Positions 30,592-40,855 of a stretch of DNA of 64,000 nt are shown piece by piece (position 1 is the first letter of the stretch; each line of letters begins with the position of its first letter). The notes beneath the pieces were generated by a model, which worked only from the letters and a program-made list of their open reading frames with translations, made no database searches and was not told the DNA's origin. This DNA comes from an uncultured Acidobacteriota bacterium (GTDB taxonomy: Bacteria > Acidobacteriota > JAQAZP01). The DNA is taken from assembly GCA_963836075.1 (NCBI GenBank), contig CAWIIB010000009.1, positions 1,888,001-1,952,000 of the forward strand, in the 5' to 3' direction. The position numbers were made by a program, and so were the translations under genes.

Positions 30592-31563
30592 ATGGTGATC
30601 AAATGCTCTCGACTGTGTGTTCTGTGTTTCGTGGCGGCCGTTACGGCCTTACCTCTCTTTATCGCCTGTGCACCTGGAAGCGGCGAGCAAGACCATTCGA
30701 CTCAGGCGGAGCCAGCGGCCGCGAGGCTGGAGGCGCCTACACTCGACGAGTTGGCCAACGCCACCTACGAGGGGATCTTTGACGATCCCGTATCACTCTC
30801 GGATGGCGAGTACGAAGGTGAGCCCTTCGAGCCCGGCGCTGCCTCTCGGCCCGCTGCCGGACTCGTCGAGGACTTTCGGCTGACCGGCGATCTGAACGGT
30901 GACCAGAGTGAAGAAGCGGTCGTGCTTTTATGGGAAAACTCCGGAGGCACCGGCATCCACGACTACTTGGCGATCGTGGGCCACCGCAGTGGTGAGATTA
31001 CCAATGTCGGCACTGCACTCATCGGCGATCGGGTCCAGGTACAGGCCGCACGTGTGGTGGACGGGCAGATCGTGCTCCAGGTGATACAGGCAGGGCCCGA
31101 AGACGCCGCCTGCTGCCCCTCTCAAAAAATGACCAGAACCTGGGCGTTGTCCGGTGACGGCTTGAGCGAGATCTCCTCCGAGGTCACCGGCACCCTCTCC
31201 TTATCGGATCTTGCCGGTGTGGAATGGGTCCTGACCCATATCAGCTGGGACGAGCCGGCACCCCCGGAGCCGGAAGTCACCTTGTCCTTTGAGGCCGATC
31301 GAATCTCCGGCCGCGGCGGCTGCAACAACTACTTCGCGAGTGTCGAGGCCGGGGGCATGCCGGGTTGGATGACCGTGGGAACCGTCGACAGCACCCAGAT
31401 GGTCTGCCCGGAGACGATCATGGCTCTGGAAAGACGCTATCTGAAGGCTTTTGCGGGTGAGGTGCAATATCGCTTTCTGGCCGGGCGTCTCGTTCTCACC
31501 TCCACACAAGAAGGGGTGACGACATCCATGCGATTTGCAGCGCGAGAAGCCAAGGCGCAGTGA
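30592..31563 (+). CDS. META (HslJ-like) domain lipoprotein
   Basis: FIAC lipobox, DAACCPS, C-terminal LAGVEWVL...GRGGCNNY...TQMVC. Confidence 0.85.
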   Translation: MVIKCSRLCVLCFVAAVTALPLFIACAPGSGEQDHSTQAEPAAARLEAPTLDELANATYEGIFDDPVSLSDGEYEGEPFEPGAASRPAAGLVEDFRLTGDLNGDQSEEAVVLLWENSGGTGIHDYLAIVGHRSGEITNVGTALIGDRVQVQAARVVDGQIVLQVIQAGPEDAACCPSQKMTRTWALSGDGLSEISSEVTGTLSLSDLAGVEWVLTHISWDEPAPPEPEVTLSFEADRISGRGGCNNYFASVEAGGMPGWMTVGTVDSTQMVCPETIMALERRYLKAFAGEVQYRFLAGRLVLTSTQEGVTTSMRFAAREAKAQ

Positions 31564-31921
31564 CGGCGGCACAGCGCTCCGGCGCGATAATGTCCTTGTG
31601 TTGGACTTCAACAGGGTGGTGGCACTACGAGTGAGGCGAGGGAGTTCGCTTCCACAACCTAGATTGTCGAGCAGCACCTCTCGCGCGGGATGTTGCGCTC
31701 ATGCGTGAGAGAATTGACGCCTACCGTCTTGTATCGCTTAGCGGGCTGGGCGCTCGTCCTCCCCAGTAGAGAGTAGGATTTCCTTACCTCAAGTCAATAT
31801 TTCCCGCGCCCTTCCCGTCCCGAATAGTCACCCGCTTCCCCGTTTAACCGGCTTTAACCGCCGGGGGAGAACCCACCCGCCGCATCCGGACCGTGATCTG
31901 CGGATCGGCCGTCACCCGGGC

Positions 31922-32065
31922 TCACCTAGACCCGGCGTCAGAGCGGGCCGGTCCCTGAAATCCGGCCGCTCTCGTATCACCGTTCTCACTCCGGCTGAAT
32001 GGAGGGCTCCTCGTCTTGCGCTTAATCTCCCGGACTACCGCTTCTGATCCTGGTTTTGAGCCCAT
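31922..32065 (-). mobile_element. IS3-family transposase OrfA N-terminal remnant
   Basis: GGAGG RBS then MGSKPGSEAVVREIKRKTR, which resembles E..V..I.R.TRR OrfA starts. Similarity is lost afterwards. Confidence 0.5.
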
Positions 32066-32152
32066 GATCCTCTCCTCTCGCTAGTGGCTCCATTTACCAA
32101 AAACCATACCTTAATCTAGACCTTCGATCTGCACGAATTGTTCTGAAGCCAA

Positions 32153-32956
32153 ACAGTCACCGAAAACCTCACCCTGGGCGACAAGGTCGAGGATCAAGGC
32201 CTGGTGGAGCTGCCATTCAAACTCGGAGCCTCCCTGCTCACCGACGGGAATGGCCTGATCTCCCTCGATGTTCCGATCAGCGGGAATCTCGAGGATCCCG
32301 GCTTCGTGATCGGCGCCGCCGTCGGCCAGGCGACGAAAACGATTATCGCCGGCATCGTCCGTTCCCCGTTTCGCCTGCTGGGCAAACTCGGGGGTGGATC
32401 CGGCGACGAGGATCTCGGTTTCGTCGAGTTCGCGTCCGGCGGCAGCCAGTTGGACGAAGCCGCCATCGAGCGGCTGAAGATTCTGGCGACGGGGCTGGAG
32501 CAGCGTCCTTCACTGGTCCTGCTGGTGGAAGGCACTTGGGACAGCGAGTCGGATCCGATCGCCCTGCGGGCGGCACGTTTCGAAGCGCTGCTGGCGGAGC
32601 GGCGGGAAACACCGGAAGTGCTGGAATCGCTGTATAGAGATAGCCACTCGGAAAATGAGCTGGCGGCACTTCGGGCGGATCACCAGGCTCCAGACGAAAC
32701 GGAGCCCGGGTCCGGGCCGGTGCTCGACGAGGCGGCCTACCAGCGTGATCTCAAAGCCGCCCTGGCGGCGGATCTCCCGGTGGATCAGGACGATCTGATT
32801 GCCCTCGGTACCGCCCGTTCCGAGTCGGTGAGGTCATACATTCTCGAAACGTTCGCCAGCGAACCCGGGCGTATCGAGGTTACTTTCCCGACGGAATCGA
32901 CAGGAGGCGGCGGTGATCGAGTGCGCTGCCGCCTGGACGTCCGCACCGGCAGTTAG
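32153..32956 (+). pseudogene. C-terminal fragment of a DUF748/OmpA-like envelope protein
   Basis: LTLGDKVE...LPFKLGASLLTDGNGLISLDVPISGNLEDPGF...SPFRLLG. No 5' part. Confidence 0.75.
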
Positions 32957-32984
32957 CGCACTCACGGCCGGCGGAAGTTCGATC

Positions 32985-33285
32985 CTGCCGGTGCCGGCCG
33001 TGGACCAGTTGAGCCGCGACAGTGTCGAAAAGGCCATCGCCTACCTGGCCGGCCGGGCCAGTGGCTGCAAGCTGACCCCCGCCGGCCTGAGCGGCGGAGT
33101 GTTCACCGTCTCCAACGGCTGTATCTACGGCAGCATGATGTCGACGCCGATCATCACTCACCCAAGCGCCGCATTCTGGGGATGCACGCGATCAAGAAGC
33201 AGGTGACCGCCATCCGCGCTGCACGGCTGGGGATGAAAGTGGCCCTGATTGAACAGCGGGACCGCCTGGGTGAGCACGGCATCGG
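32985..33285 (+). pseudogene. Decayed sucB and lpdA fragments
   Basis: DQLSRDSVEKAIA...GGVFTVSNGCIYGSMMSTPII...LGMHAIKK followed by AIRAARLGMKVALIEQRD/LGEHGI, matching 24796-25000 and 25226-25390. Confidence 0.85.
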
Positions 33286-33506
33286 AGCTTCGTGCATCAG
33301 GGGCTGCCGGCGGGGATTGCGCACCCGGAACCGGGCTTGAAATGAGTTCCTGGAATTCAATCCTTGCAATATACTGGTATTTCTTAAGTTTTTTCCCGTG
33401 CATTCTGCGCGCGCAGAAGAATGAACCGGTGCGGCAGGGCCCGGGTACATCGCGGGTCTATCAACAACTACAGGAAACAGAAGCGTTTGAACGGAGTGAG
33501 GGTAAA

Positions 33507-34562
33507 ATGAAGAACTGTACGCCGGCAAGTATCGCCACGACACTGCGCAGAGGGCTTGGTTTCACTCTGCTTTTTCTGCTCACCGCCCTGCCTCTTTGGG
33601 CGGATCGGGTCTCTACTGACACCAGGCCGGGGGACCTCAAGACCGGAGACTGGGTGTGGGATCCCGCAGCATCCCCCACCGGCCCGGTGGTGGTGGTGGT
33701 CAGCGTTACCGAACAGCGGACCTACGTCTACCGCAACGGCATCCTCATCGCCTACACATCGGTGGCCACGGGTAAACCCGGCCACGAGACTCCCACCGGT
33801 GTCTTCACGGTGCTGGAGAAGGACAAGGACCACGTCTCGAACCTCTACAATGCCAAAATGCCCAACACCGAACGCCTGACCTGGACCGGCATCTGCCTGC
33901 ATGCCGGCAGCGTTCCCGGTTACCCCAACTCCCACGGCTGTGTCCACCTCCCGCTGGAGTTTTCCCGCCTGCTTTACGAGCTGGACCAGGTGGGTACCAC
34001 CGTAGTGATCGCCGATGACCACTCGGGGCCAGCCGAGGGGGCGCACCCGGGCCTCGTGCTCTCCCCGTTGCTCCACGAGCCCGACGGACCGGTGACCGTG
34101 GACACGAAGTACCGCTGGGAACCGTCGCGATCCGCCACTGGCCCGGTGAGCCTGCTGCTGAGCACCGCCGAGGGCCAGCTGTATGTCTACCGCAATGGCC
34201 TGGAGATCGGCGCGGCGGCAGTCCACATTCCCAATCCGGAGCACGCGGTCTGGGAAAGCGTGTTCACGATCCTGGAGGGCAAGACGGCAGAGAAAAGCCC
34301 CTTCGACCCCAAGCGGCCAATGAACAAGTGGATGGCGGTCGCCCTCTCATCCGGAGACGGGCCGCACATGCCGGAGGTGGAAACCACCTTCATGCGCCTG
34401 CATGTCCCGCATCAATTCGGCAAGCAGGTCTACGATCTCCTGTCGCCGGGGACAACCCTGCTGATCACCGCCCAGGCGGCGGCGCCCCGGGCCACCTCGG
34501 ACGAGGATTTCGTGGTCATGGCCACCCACCAGGGGGAACCGGAGAAACAGGAAGCCGACTGA
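33507..34562 (+). CDS. L,D-transpeptidase (YkuD family)
   Basis: VATGKPGHETPTGVF, LHAG...SHGCVHL. Signal peptide. Confidence 0.9.
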   Translation: MKNCTPASIATTLRRGLGFTLLFLLTALPLWADRVSTDTRPGDLKTGDWVWDPAASPTGPVVVVVSVTEQRTYVYRNGILIAYTSVATGKPGHETPTGVFTVLEKDKDHVSNLYNAKMPNTERLTWTGICLHAGSVPGYPNSHGCVHLPLEFSRLLYELDQVGTTVVIADDHSGPAEGAHPGLVLSPLLHEPDGPVTVDTKYRWEPSRSATGPVSLLLSTAEGQLYVYRNGLEIGAAAVHIPNPEHAVWESVFTILEGKTAEKSPFDPKRPMNKWMAVALSSGDGPHMPEVETTFMRLHVPHQFGKQVYDLLSPGTTLLITAQAAAPRATSDEDFVVMATHQGEPEKQEAD

Positions 34563-34565
34563 CCG

Positions 34566-34595
34566 GGGCGGGCGGCGGGAGACCGCCGCTCGCTC
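34566..34595. terminator. Hairpin between convergent genes
   Basis: GGGCGGGCGGCGG-GAGA-CCGCCGCTCGCTC. Confidence 0.55.
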
Positions 34596-36384
34596 AAGCC
34601 TCGGTCGGCGATGCCTGCTTGGCGGCGGCGGGATGGAGGTGGACGTCTCGCTGCGGGTAGGGAATGTTGATCCCCTCCCTGTCGAACCGCAGCTTGACCT
34701 CCCGCGTGATGTCCCAGTGCACCTCCCAGAAGTCCTCGCTGGCGCACCACGGCCTGACGATGAAGTCCACGGAGGATTCCCCGAGAGCGTGGAGCCGGAT
34801 TACGGGTGCGGGGTCGACCAGGACCTTCGGGTGGTCACGAACGATTTCCGCCAGCACCCGTTCGGCCCTGGGGATGTCGTCGTCATAGGAAATCCCGAAC
34901 ACCAGGTCAACACGGCGGGTCTTCTGGACGGTCACGTTCTTGATCGTGTCGCCCCAGATCTTGCTGTTGGGCAGCACCAGAGTCTGATTGTCGAAAGTCA
35001 TGATCGTGGTCGACACCAGGGACATGTGACTGACCCGGCCAAAGGCACCGCCGGCCTCCACCACGTCATCCACGTCGAAGGGCTGGTAGAGAAGGATCAT
35101 CATCCCGGCGGCGAAGTTCGAGAGCGTATCCTGCAGAGCAAAACCGAGGATGAAACCGGCGATTCCCAGGCCGGCGAGGAACGGGCCGATGCTGACGCCC
35201 AGCTGTGAGAACGCGAAAAGAACGCCCAGGACCAGAACCACCCGGCTCGTCATCTTGAGCAGCATGCCGTGGAGCAGGCGGGACACCGGGATTCTCGCGG
35301 TGTCCAAACTGCGGGCAACAAGGCGACGCAGCAGGTGGGCCGCGACCCAGGACAGGAGAATAATCACCACGAACAGCAGCACGTTGAACAGCATTGCGGG
35401 GCCGTTGCGGACGATCCACTGACGTGCCGTCTTCACCAGTTCCGTGAGCAGCCCCGCGGCCACGTCCTTGTCGAGGACATCCGGGCTGAGCTCGCCTGTG
35501 GTCGACACGAGGGCTGCCTGGTATGAGGTGGTGTCTGCGTCGAGGCGCTTCAGCAGGGACACCGTGGCATGCAGGTGCGAAACATTTTCCGCCAACCGGT
35601 CATCGGCCTCCGCCAGCTCTGTGTTGGTGGCGCCGTCATCGGGCAGCCGCTTCGAAAGTTCACGAAGCCGGTCGCGATGCTCCACGTTCAGCTCGATCCG
35701 GCCCACCAGCAGACCCGCCCTGGCGGTGAGTTCGTCCAGCAGGTATCGCCTGTCCTCTTCGGTACTGAGGCCCAGGGTTTCCCTCATCTCGGCAATGTCC
35801 AGAAAGCTCAGATACAGCTGGTCCATCTGATCGAGGTAGAGGGAAATGCGCTCCGCGATGGAGCGTCGCTCTTCCGGGCTCGCCGCCCCCCTGATATCCC
35901 GAAGTTCGGCGGTCTCTGCTTTCAACGAGGAGACGAGCCCGGGGATGATGTTCGTTGCCCTGTCCAGGAGCAATTCCACCTTCGCCCTGAGGGCCGCGGC
36001 CTCTGCATCAAGGGCTTCCAACCGCTGAAGATCCTGGGCCAGCTCATGTATATCGTCGAGCAAGCCAACGCGCCTCCCGATAAGAAAATGTTCGAGCGCC
36101 TGGCGGTCTTCCCCTTTGGATACCTTGATGCGGGCCGACAACTCCGAGATGTTCTGCTCTGTCTGGTGAATCTTATCGAGTCGTTTTTCGGCGCTGGCCT
36201 CCAGGTCCTTGACGGCATCCGTCTCGTTCTGCGCTGACGATGTGGCGCACGGCCCGGCGAAGGCGATCAGGATCCAGATCACCAGGACGGTGAGGCGGGC
36301 CGGTAACGGCCGGTAAAACACAGTTCTGGGGTGGTTCTGTCGTTTCCCCCGTATCAGAGCGATATGATCATTTCTGCTTCTCAT
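34594..36384 (-). CDS. Mechanosensitive channel MscS with large periplasmic coiled-coil domain
   Basis: GFALQDTLSNFAAG, PFDVDD, LPNSKIWG, IPYPQRDVH. Start uncertain. Confidence 0.88.
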   Translation of the reverse strand: MRSRNDHIALIRGKRQNHPRTVFYRPLPARLTVLVIWILIAFAGPCATSSAQNETDAVKDLEASAEKRLDKIHQTEQNISELSARIKVSKGEDRQALEHFLIGRRVGLLDDIHELAQDLQRLEALDAEAAALRAKVELLLDRATNIIPGLVSSLKAETAELRDIRGAASPEERRSIAERISLYLDQMDQLYLSFLDIAEMRETLGLSTEEDRRYLLDELTARAGLLVGRIELNVEHRDRLRELSKRLPDDGATNTELAEADDRLAENVSHLHATVSLLKRLDADTTSYQAALVSTTGELSPDVLDKDVAAGLLTELVKTARQWIVRNGPAMLFNVLLFVVIILLSWVAAHLLRRLVARSLDTARIPVSRLLHGMLLKMTSRVVLVLGVLFAFSQLGVSIGPFLAGLGIAGFILGFALQDTLSNFAAGMMILLYQPFDVDDVVEAGGAFGRVSHMSLVSTTIMTFDNQTLVLPNSKIWGDTIKNVTVQKTRRVDLVFGISYDDDIPRAERVLAEIVRDHPKVLVDPAPVIRLHALGESSVDFIVRPWCASEDFWEVHWDITREVKLRFDREGINIPYPQRDVHLHPAAAKQASPTEA

Positions 36385-36410
36385 CGTAATTGAACCCTCT
36401 AGGCCCATGC

Positions 36411-36445
36411 AAAACGAACCGCCGGCAGAAGATGCCGGCGGTTCG
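36411..36445 (-). terminator. Rho-independent terminator after 36478..36876
   Basis: 13-bp stem CGAACCGCCGGCA/TGCCGGCGGTTCG followed by TTTT on the minus strand. Confidence 0.7.
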
Positions 36446-36477
36446 CGGAGAGGAAATACCATCCCCGGTTTCACCCG

Positions 36478-36876
36478 CTACTCGTGGTCGAGGTTGATCC
36501 TGACGGATTTGACCGTGTTTTCAAGCACCTTGAGGGTAAAGTTGGCCGTGCCGTGATGTCTTTTCACCAGGACGTCCTCGCCGTCGTCCTTCTCGACATG
36601 GAAGACATCGCTGGGGAGCTGGGCCTTGAAGGCATCACGGATCTTGCTGGCCACGTGATTTTCGCTGGTGCCCCTGGAGATGTCCACAACGACTCTGACC
36701 GGTTCGCCGCCCTTCGGCTCAACCAAAAAGATGATCTGCCCATCGGACTTGGCGCTTTCGCTGCACTGGATGCGCCACTTGTTGCCCGCATACGCACTCA
36801 CCTGGACGGTAAAGGCAAGGAGCAGGATGGCCGCGATGGCGGCTCTGCTGCACCCGACAAAAATTCTGTACATCAT
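36478..36876 (-). CDS. Secreted hypothetical protein
   Basis: Signal peptide, GGAG RBS, NKWRI...DDGEDVLVK, own terminator. Confidence 0.75.
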   Translation of the reverse strand: MMYRIFVGCSRAAIAAILLLAFTVQVSAYAGNKWRIQCSESAKSDGQIIFLVEPKGGEPVRVVVDISRGTSENHVASKIRDAFKAQLPSDVFHVEKDDGEDVLVKRHHGTANFTLKVLENTVKSVRINLDHE

Positions 36877-37043
36877 AAGACTCCCTGAAAATGGCGTGAT
36901 CCGGCAGGATACCGTACGCCTGTTCGATGCAATACCGCATATCCCGGGGGAGTAACCCCCTACGAGGAAAATCCATTGTTTATATCCATTTAATGGCCGG
37001 TGTCATTGGTTTCCGCCGAAAAAAAACGGCAACTGGTCTTCTT

Positions 37044-37775
37044 TCATTTCTCCCCGGAAACAGCTCGGGATACCTCCGCGGAGCAGCCGTTAAGATAGAC
37101 CGAGGCCGACAGCCAGTGGTCATCCGGGTAGTAGATGAACAGGTAGTTGCCGCCCTTGATCTCGTCGATCAGGGGCCGCGCCACCGTGCGGGTGACCGCC
37201 GGGCAACCCCAGCTCCGCCCCAGCCTCCCGTGCTTTCGCTTGAACTCCTCACTCACATACCAGGCGCCGTGCATCACGATCGTCCGCTGGAGCGCGTGGT
37301 CGTTGATACCCGCCTCGAGACCGTGGAGCTTGAGCGAGTAGCCGTTGTGCCCCTGGTATGTTTTGCCGGTAAGGAAGAGGCCAAGGCTCGACTTCCTGCT
37401 GCCGCGCCTGTTGGAAAACCTGACGGCACGATTTTTGCCCGTATTCTTGCCGTGGGCGACGAGTTCGTGGTAGATCAGCGCGTCGCGATCGAGATCGAAG
37501 ACCCAGAGGCGTTTCTCGGTGGAGGGCCGTGAATAATCGATGATGGTCACTCGGCGCCCCCCGCCCTCGCCCCGCTCTTCGGCACAGCCCACAGCCCGCA
37601 GGCCCAGCCGCAGCACTTCGGGATTGAGCGTCGGCGCTTCGGCCTGCAACGCTTCCAGGCGGTCCGGGGGCAGACCGGCGGCTACCCCCGGCAGCGCGGC
37701 GAGCAACGCCGCTGCCGCCATCAGCAGCAACGGAAGGCAGCGGGATCGACGTGCTCTGCGATCTCTGGACATCAT
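37044..37775 (-). CDS. Murein L,D-transpeptidase (YkuD_2 family)
   Basis: IIDYSRPSTEKRLWVFDL, VAHGKNTG, SSLG, MHGAWY, GRSWGCPA. Confidence 0.9.
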   Translation of the reverse strand: MMSRDRRARRSRCLPLLLMAAAALLAALPGVAAGLPPDRLEALQAEAPTLNPEVLRLGLRAVGCAEERGEGGGRRVTIIDYSRPSTEKRLWVFDLDRDALIYHELVAHGKNTGKNRAVRFSNRRGSRKSSLGLFLTGKTYQGHNGYSLKLHGLEAGINDHALQRTIVMHGAWYVSEEFKRKHGRLGRSWGCPAVTRTVARPLIDEIKGGNYLFIYYPDDHWLSASVYLNGCSAEVSRAVSGEK

Positions 37776-37786
37776 TCCCGGCCCGC

Positions 37787-38620
37787 CTACTTGTGTTTGC
37801 TCCGGTATTCCTTGCTGTTGCGCAGCTGGCGGGCCACGTCCCTCTCGGTCCAGTGATCGTTGAGCACGTGATCGACGAATCCCCGGCTCCCACCGCTGTC
37901 CGGATCGCGGTGCAGGACACTGCGGTAGGCCCGGCGGACCACCTCTTCGGCATCCTTGCGGCTCATGCTGTTCTTCTGGCGATACTCGGGGCTTTTGGCT
38001 ATCGCCTGGCGCACATCGTGCTCGTCCCAGCCGTCGTGCAGAATGTGGTTCCGGAAGGTGACCAGGCCGTTGTGGTCCGGCTCACGGTGCAGGAGGTCCT
38101 GGTAGGCGCGGCGTACGATCTTGTCCGCCGACTCCGAGCTTCTCCGGTCGAACTCCTGGCTTTTGCGCAGAGCCTCGCGCACGTCCTGCTCGGTCCAGCC
38201 GTCGTCGATCATGTGGCTGCGGAAAGTGCGCATGCCGTCCCGGTCCGGCTCGCGGTGCAGGATGTCGTCGTAGGCCCGGCGGATGACCTGTTCAACGTCC
38301 TTGGAAGACCCGGATCCATGGCGGCGGTAGTCCGAACGGCCCCGCAGGTCGTCGCGGACGTCCTCAACTGACCAGTGGTGCTCGTCCATCATCGTGCGGT
38401 AGCGCTGATACTCGCGGTCGGTGGGCTCCCGGCCCAACTCGTCGCGGAAGGCACTGGCGATGTCCTCGTCCTGCTGTTCGGCGACCAGCGAGTCTGCAAT
38501 GCCGCTCAGCAGATCGGCCAGGGCGCTGTTGTCCTTTTCCCCCGCCGAAGCCGGAACGCTCCAGACCAGTGCCAGTATGGCCAGCAGGCCGGGAATCATC
38601 AATCGGATAGTCAGTTTCAT
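37787..38620 (-). CDS. Secreted helical-repeat protein (DUF4214-like, four repeats)
   Basis: Repeats of (I/V)RRAYxDxLHREPD...W.E.DVR. Confidence 0.8.
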   Translation of the reverse strand: MKLTIRLMIPGLLAILALVWSVPASAGEKDNSALADLLSGIADSLVAEQQDEDIASAFRDELGREPTDREYQRYRTMMDEHHWSVEDVRDDLRGRSDYRRHGSGSSKDVEQVIRRAYDDILHREPDRDGMRTFRSHMIDDGWTEQDVREALRKSQEFDRRSSESADKIVRRAYQDLLHREPDHNGLVTFRNHILHDGWDEHDVRQAIAKSPEYRQKNSMSRKDAEEVVRRAYRSVLHRDPDSGGSRGFVDHVLNDHWTERDVARQLRNSKEYRSKHK

Positions 38621-38738
38621 TGTTCACCCTCCATTCCCCCCGGGCCTGGCGCCCGGGGGTCCAATCAAACGAACCCCTGCTTTTCAAAGAGGTTCATTCA
38701 GTCAATTGCAGATAGGCGTGGATTGGCCTCATTGCGGG

Positions 38739-39476
38739 TCAGCCGCCGGTGATGACGGCCTCGGGTGCCTCGTAGGTTTCCTCTTCGACAATCAGCACCC
38801 ACATGTCGGCACGCTTGGTGGCCTTGACCTCGGCCGCCGAGTCGGTGGACCACTTGCCGCTGTCGAAGTAAAGGATCCGGGTACCCTGGCCCCCAGGCTT
38901 GAGGACATAGATGGTGGCCCCGTAATCATTGCGGATAACCTTGAATGGACAGGCTCCCGTCTGCATCGGAGCCCCGCCGGAAGCACAGCCCAGATTTCCG
39001 CTGGCATCGTACTCCAGCGGCCCGAACGTGCTGGCCTCGCGCGCCACCGCCGGGTCGGGGGATCCGGAGATGCCGACCTTCAGGGTGTAATTGGCAACTT
39101 CGTCCCGCCGGGCCGCGCTGCGCATCATATAGACCCTGATCTTCCAGTCACCGTCCAGGTCTAGACGGCCCTCGTAACGGTTTTCACTGGTGGAGCCGTT
39201 GAAAACCGCTTCGTTTTCGGAATCCGGCGGCAGAACGTTGAAGTAATTGGCCCCGTTATCCGTGGTCATCGATACCGACATGGTCTGGCCCGCCCGCGCG
39301 CCGAGCAGGTAATCGACGGTTTCGTAGCCAGTGATTGTCCCCTTGATATCGGCGCCCGAAGCGCCCTTTTCGAACTGCACTCGCTCCTTCCTCACCTCAT
39401 TCCCGGCCATGCCCGGCGGGGCAGCGAAAAAAACTGCCGCCATCAGGCACAGCACTCCAGTCGTTCGGTTCCACAT
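38739..39476 (-). CDS. Secreted PliG-like (g-type lysozyme inhibitor-like) protein with C-terminal extension
   Basis: ERVQFEKGASGADIKGTITGYETVDYLLGARAGQTM...YFNVLPP. Signal peptide. Confidence 0.65.
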   Translation of the reverse strand: MWNRTTGVLCLMAAVFFAAPPGMAGNEVRKERVQFEKGASGADIKGTITGYETVDYLLGARAGQTMSVSMTTDNGANYFNVLPPDSENEAVFNGSTSENRYEGRLDLDGDWKIRVYMMRSAARRDEVANYTLKVGISGSPDPAVAREASTFGPLEYDASGNLGCASGGAPMQTGACPFKVIRNDYGATIYVLKPGGQGTRILYFDSGKWSTDSAAEVKATKRADMWVLIVEEETYEAPEAVITGG

Positions 39477-39680
39477 CTACCGGCCTCCTTAACAGATCAT
39501 TTTCCTTGCTTGTCGACAATAATTTTGAAATATAGTATGGTTGCCTAGTTAAAGTCAAGATATTTTATAGATTATCTTCGTCAGATTCCGGTTTCTTCAT
39601 CGATATGTTTCGCTCTATCGCACGAGTGAACGACAGCGGAGCAGAAATCCAGGCGTGGAATATCCTGAAAGGCATGGCTG

Positions 39681-40832
39681 ATGAACCATCGACACTGCAA
39701 GCCCGTCATCCCCTATCTGCTCGTATTTCTGCTGGCACTCGCCGCCGGGGCGGGCCCGCTGAGCGCCGGCGACGCATGCCGCCCGGCAGCGGACAGACCC
39801 GGTGCAGCAGGCCCGGAGAACGGCAACCTGGGGGGCACCTCATGGCAACTGGTGCGAATCATGTCGATGGACGACACGGAACACGCGCCGGACGACGCCT
39901 TGCTGTATACGCTGGCCTTTTCCGCTGACGGCACGATGACCTTGCGCGCGGACTGCAACCGGGCCAGCGGTTCCTGGACTTCCGAGTCCCCGGGCCTACT
40001 CCAGTTCGGCACCATCGCCGCCACCAGGGCGATGTGCCCCCCGGGCTCGCTGCACGACATCTTTCTCGCCCAGTTCGAGTGGGTCCGCTCCTACGTCGTC
40101 GAGAACGGGCACCTCTTCCTCGCCACCATGGCCGACGGGTCGATCATTGAGTTCGAGCCGCAGGCAGCGCTGCCCCCCGCCGCCACCGTGCTTGACGTAG
40201 AGATCCAGACGGAAGATGCCCGTGAGATGCAGGCCGCGATCCTCGAAGCGCTGTTCGAGCGTTACAAAGCCGATAACGGCATCTCTGCCGGCAAAGAGGA
40301 GATCGAGACCTTTGACGAGCGCCTCGACCACGTGGCGAAAAAGGACCGTGCGGAACGGGAAGCGCGTCTGGCCGATATCGAACGGCAGCTGAAGTCGGCG
40401 GACCTCCCTCCCGACGACCGGGAAGCGCTGGAGAACGAGCGCCGGCAGACGAGCGATCTGCTGGAGAGCCTGGAGACCGGCGAAGACATGACCGCGGAAG
40501 AGGCGGCGGAGGTCGCCGTCATGCGGCGCGAGATGGCCCGGGCGATCATCGAGCAGTGGAAGCTGAACCGCACCCTGTATCAGCAGTACGGCGGCCGCAT
40601 CATCTACCAGCAGCTCGGACCGGAGCCGCTTGACGCCTACCGGCGTTTTCTCGAGGAGCGCCAGAAAGAGGGCGCCTTTACGATCCGCGACAAGGAACTG
40701 GCAGCCGGATTCTGGCGCTATTTCACCGACGACTCGATCCACTCGTTCTACGAGCCGGGCAGCGAGGACGAGGCAAAGGCCTTCGCCGTTCCCCCCTGGG
40801 TGGAGCCGCTATCTGATGCCCCGGGCGAATAG
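39681..40832 (+). CDS. META domain protein with C-terminal helical domain
   Basis: LGGTSWQLV, ADCNRASG, ATRAMCPPGS. Confidence 0.8.
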   Translation: MNHRHCKPVIPYLLVFLLALAAGAGPLSAGDACRPAADRPGAAGPENGNLGGTSWQLVRIMSMDDTEHAPDDALLYTLAFSADGTMTLRADCNRASGSWTSESPGLLQFGTIAATRAMCPPGSLHDIFLAQFEWVRSYVVENGHLFLATMADGSIIEFEPQAALPPAATVLDVEIQTEDAREMQAAILEALFERYKADNGISAGKEEIETFDERLDHVAKKDRAEREARLADIERQLKSADLPPDDREALENERRQTSDLLESLETGEDMTAEEAAEVAVMRREMARAIIEQWKLNRTLYQQYGGRIIYQQLGPEPLDAYRRFLEERQKEGAFTIRDKELAAGFWRYFTDDSIHSFYEPGSEDEAKAFAVPPWVEPLSDAPGE

Positions 40833-40855
40833 CCCGTTTCGAGCCGGGAGTTCTC

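Noticed and set aside
31564-31770. Possible integron attC sites in the accessory region
   Set aside because: No RYYYAAC...GTTRRRY paired ends and no integrase found.
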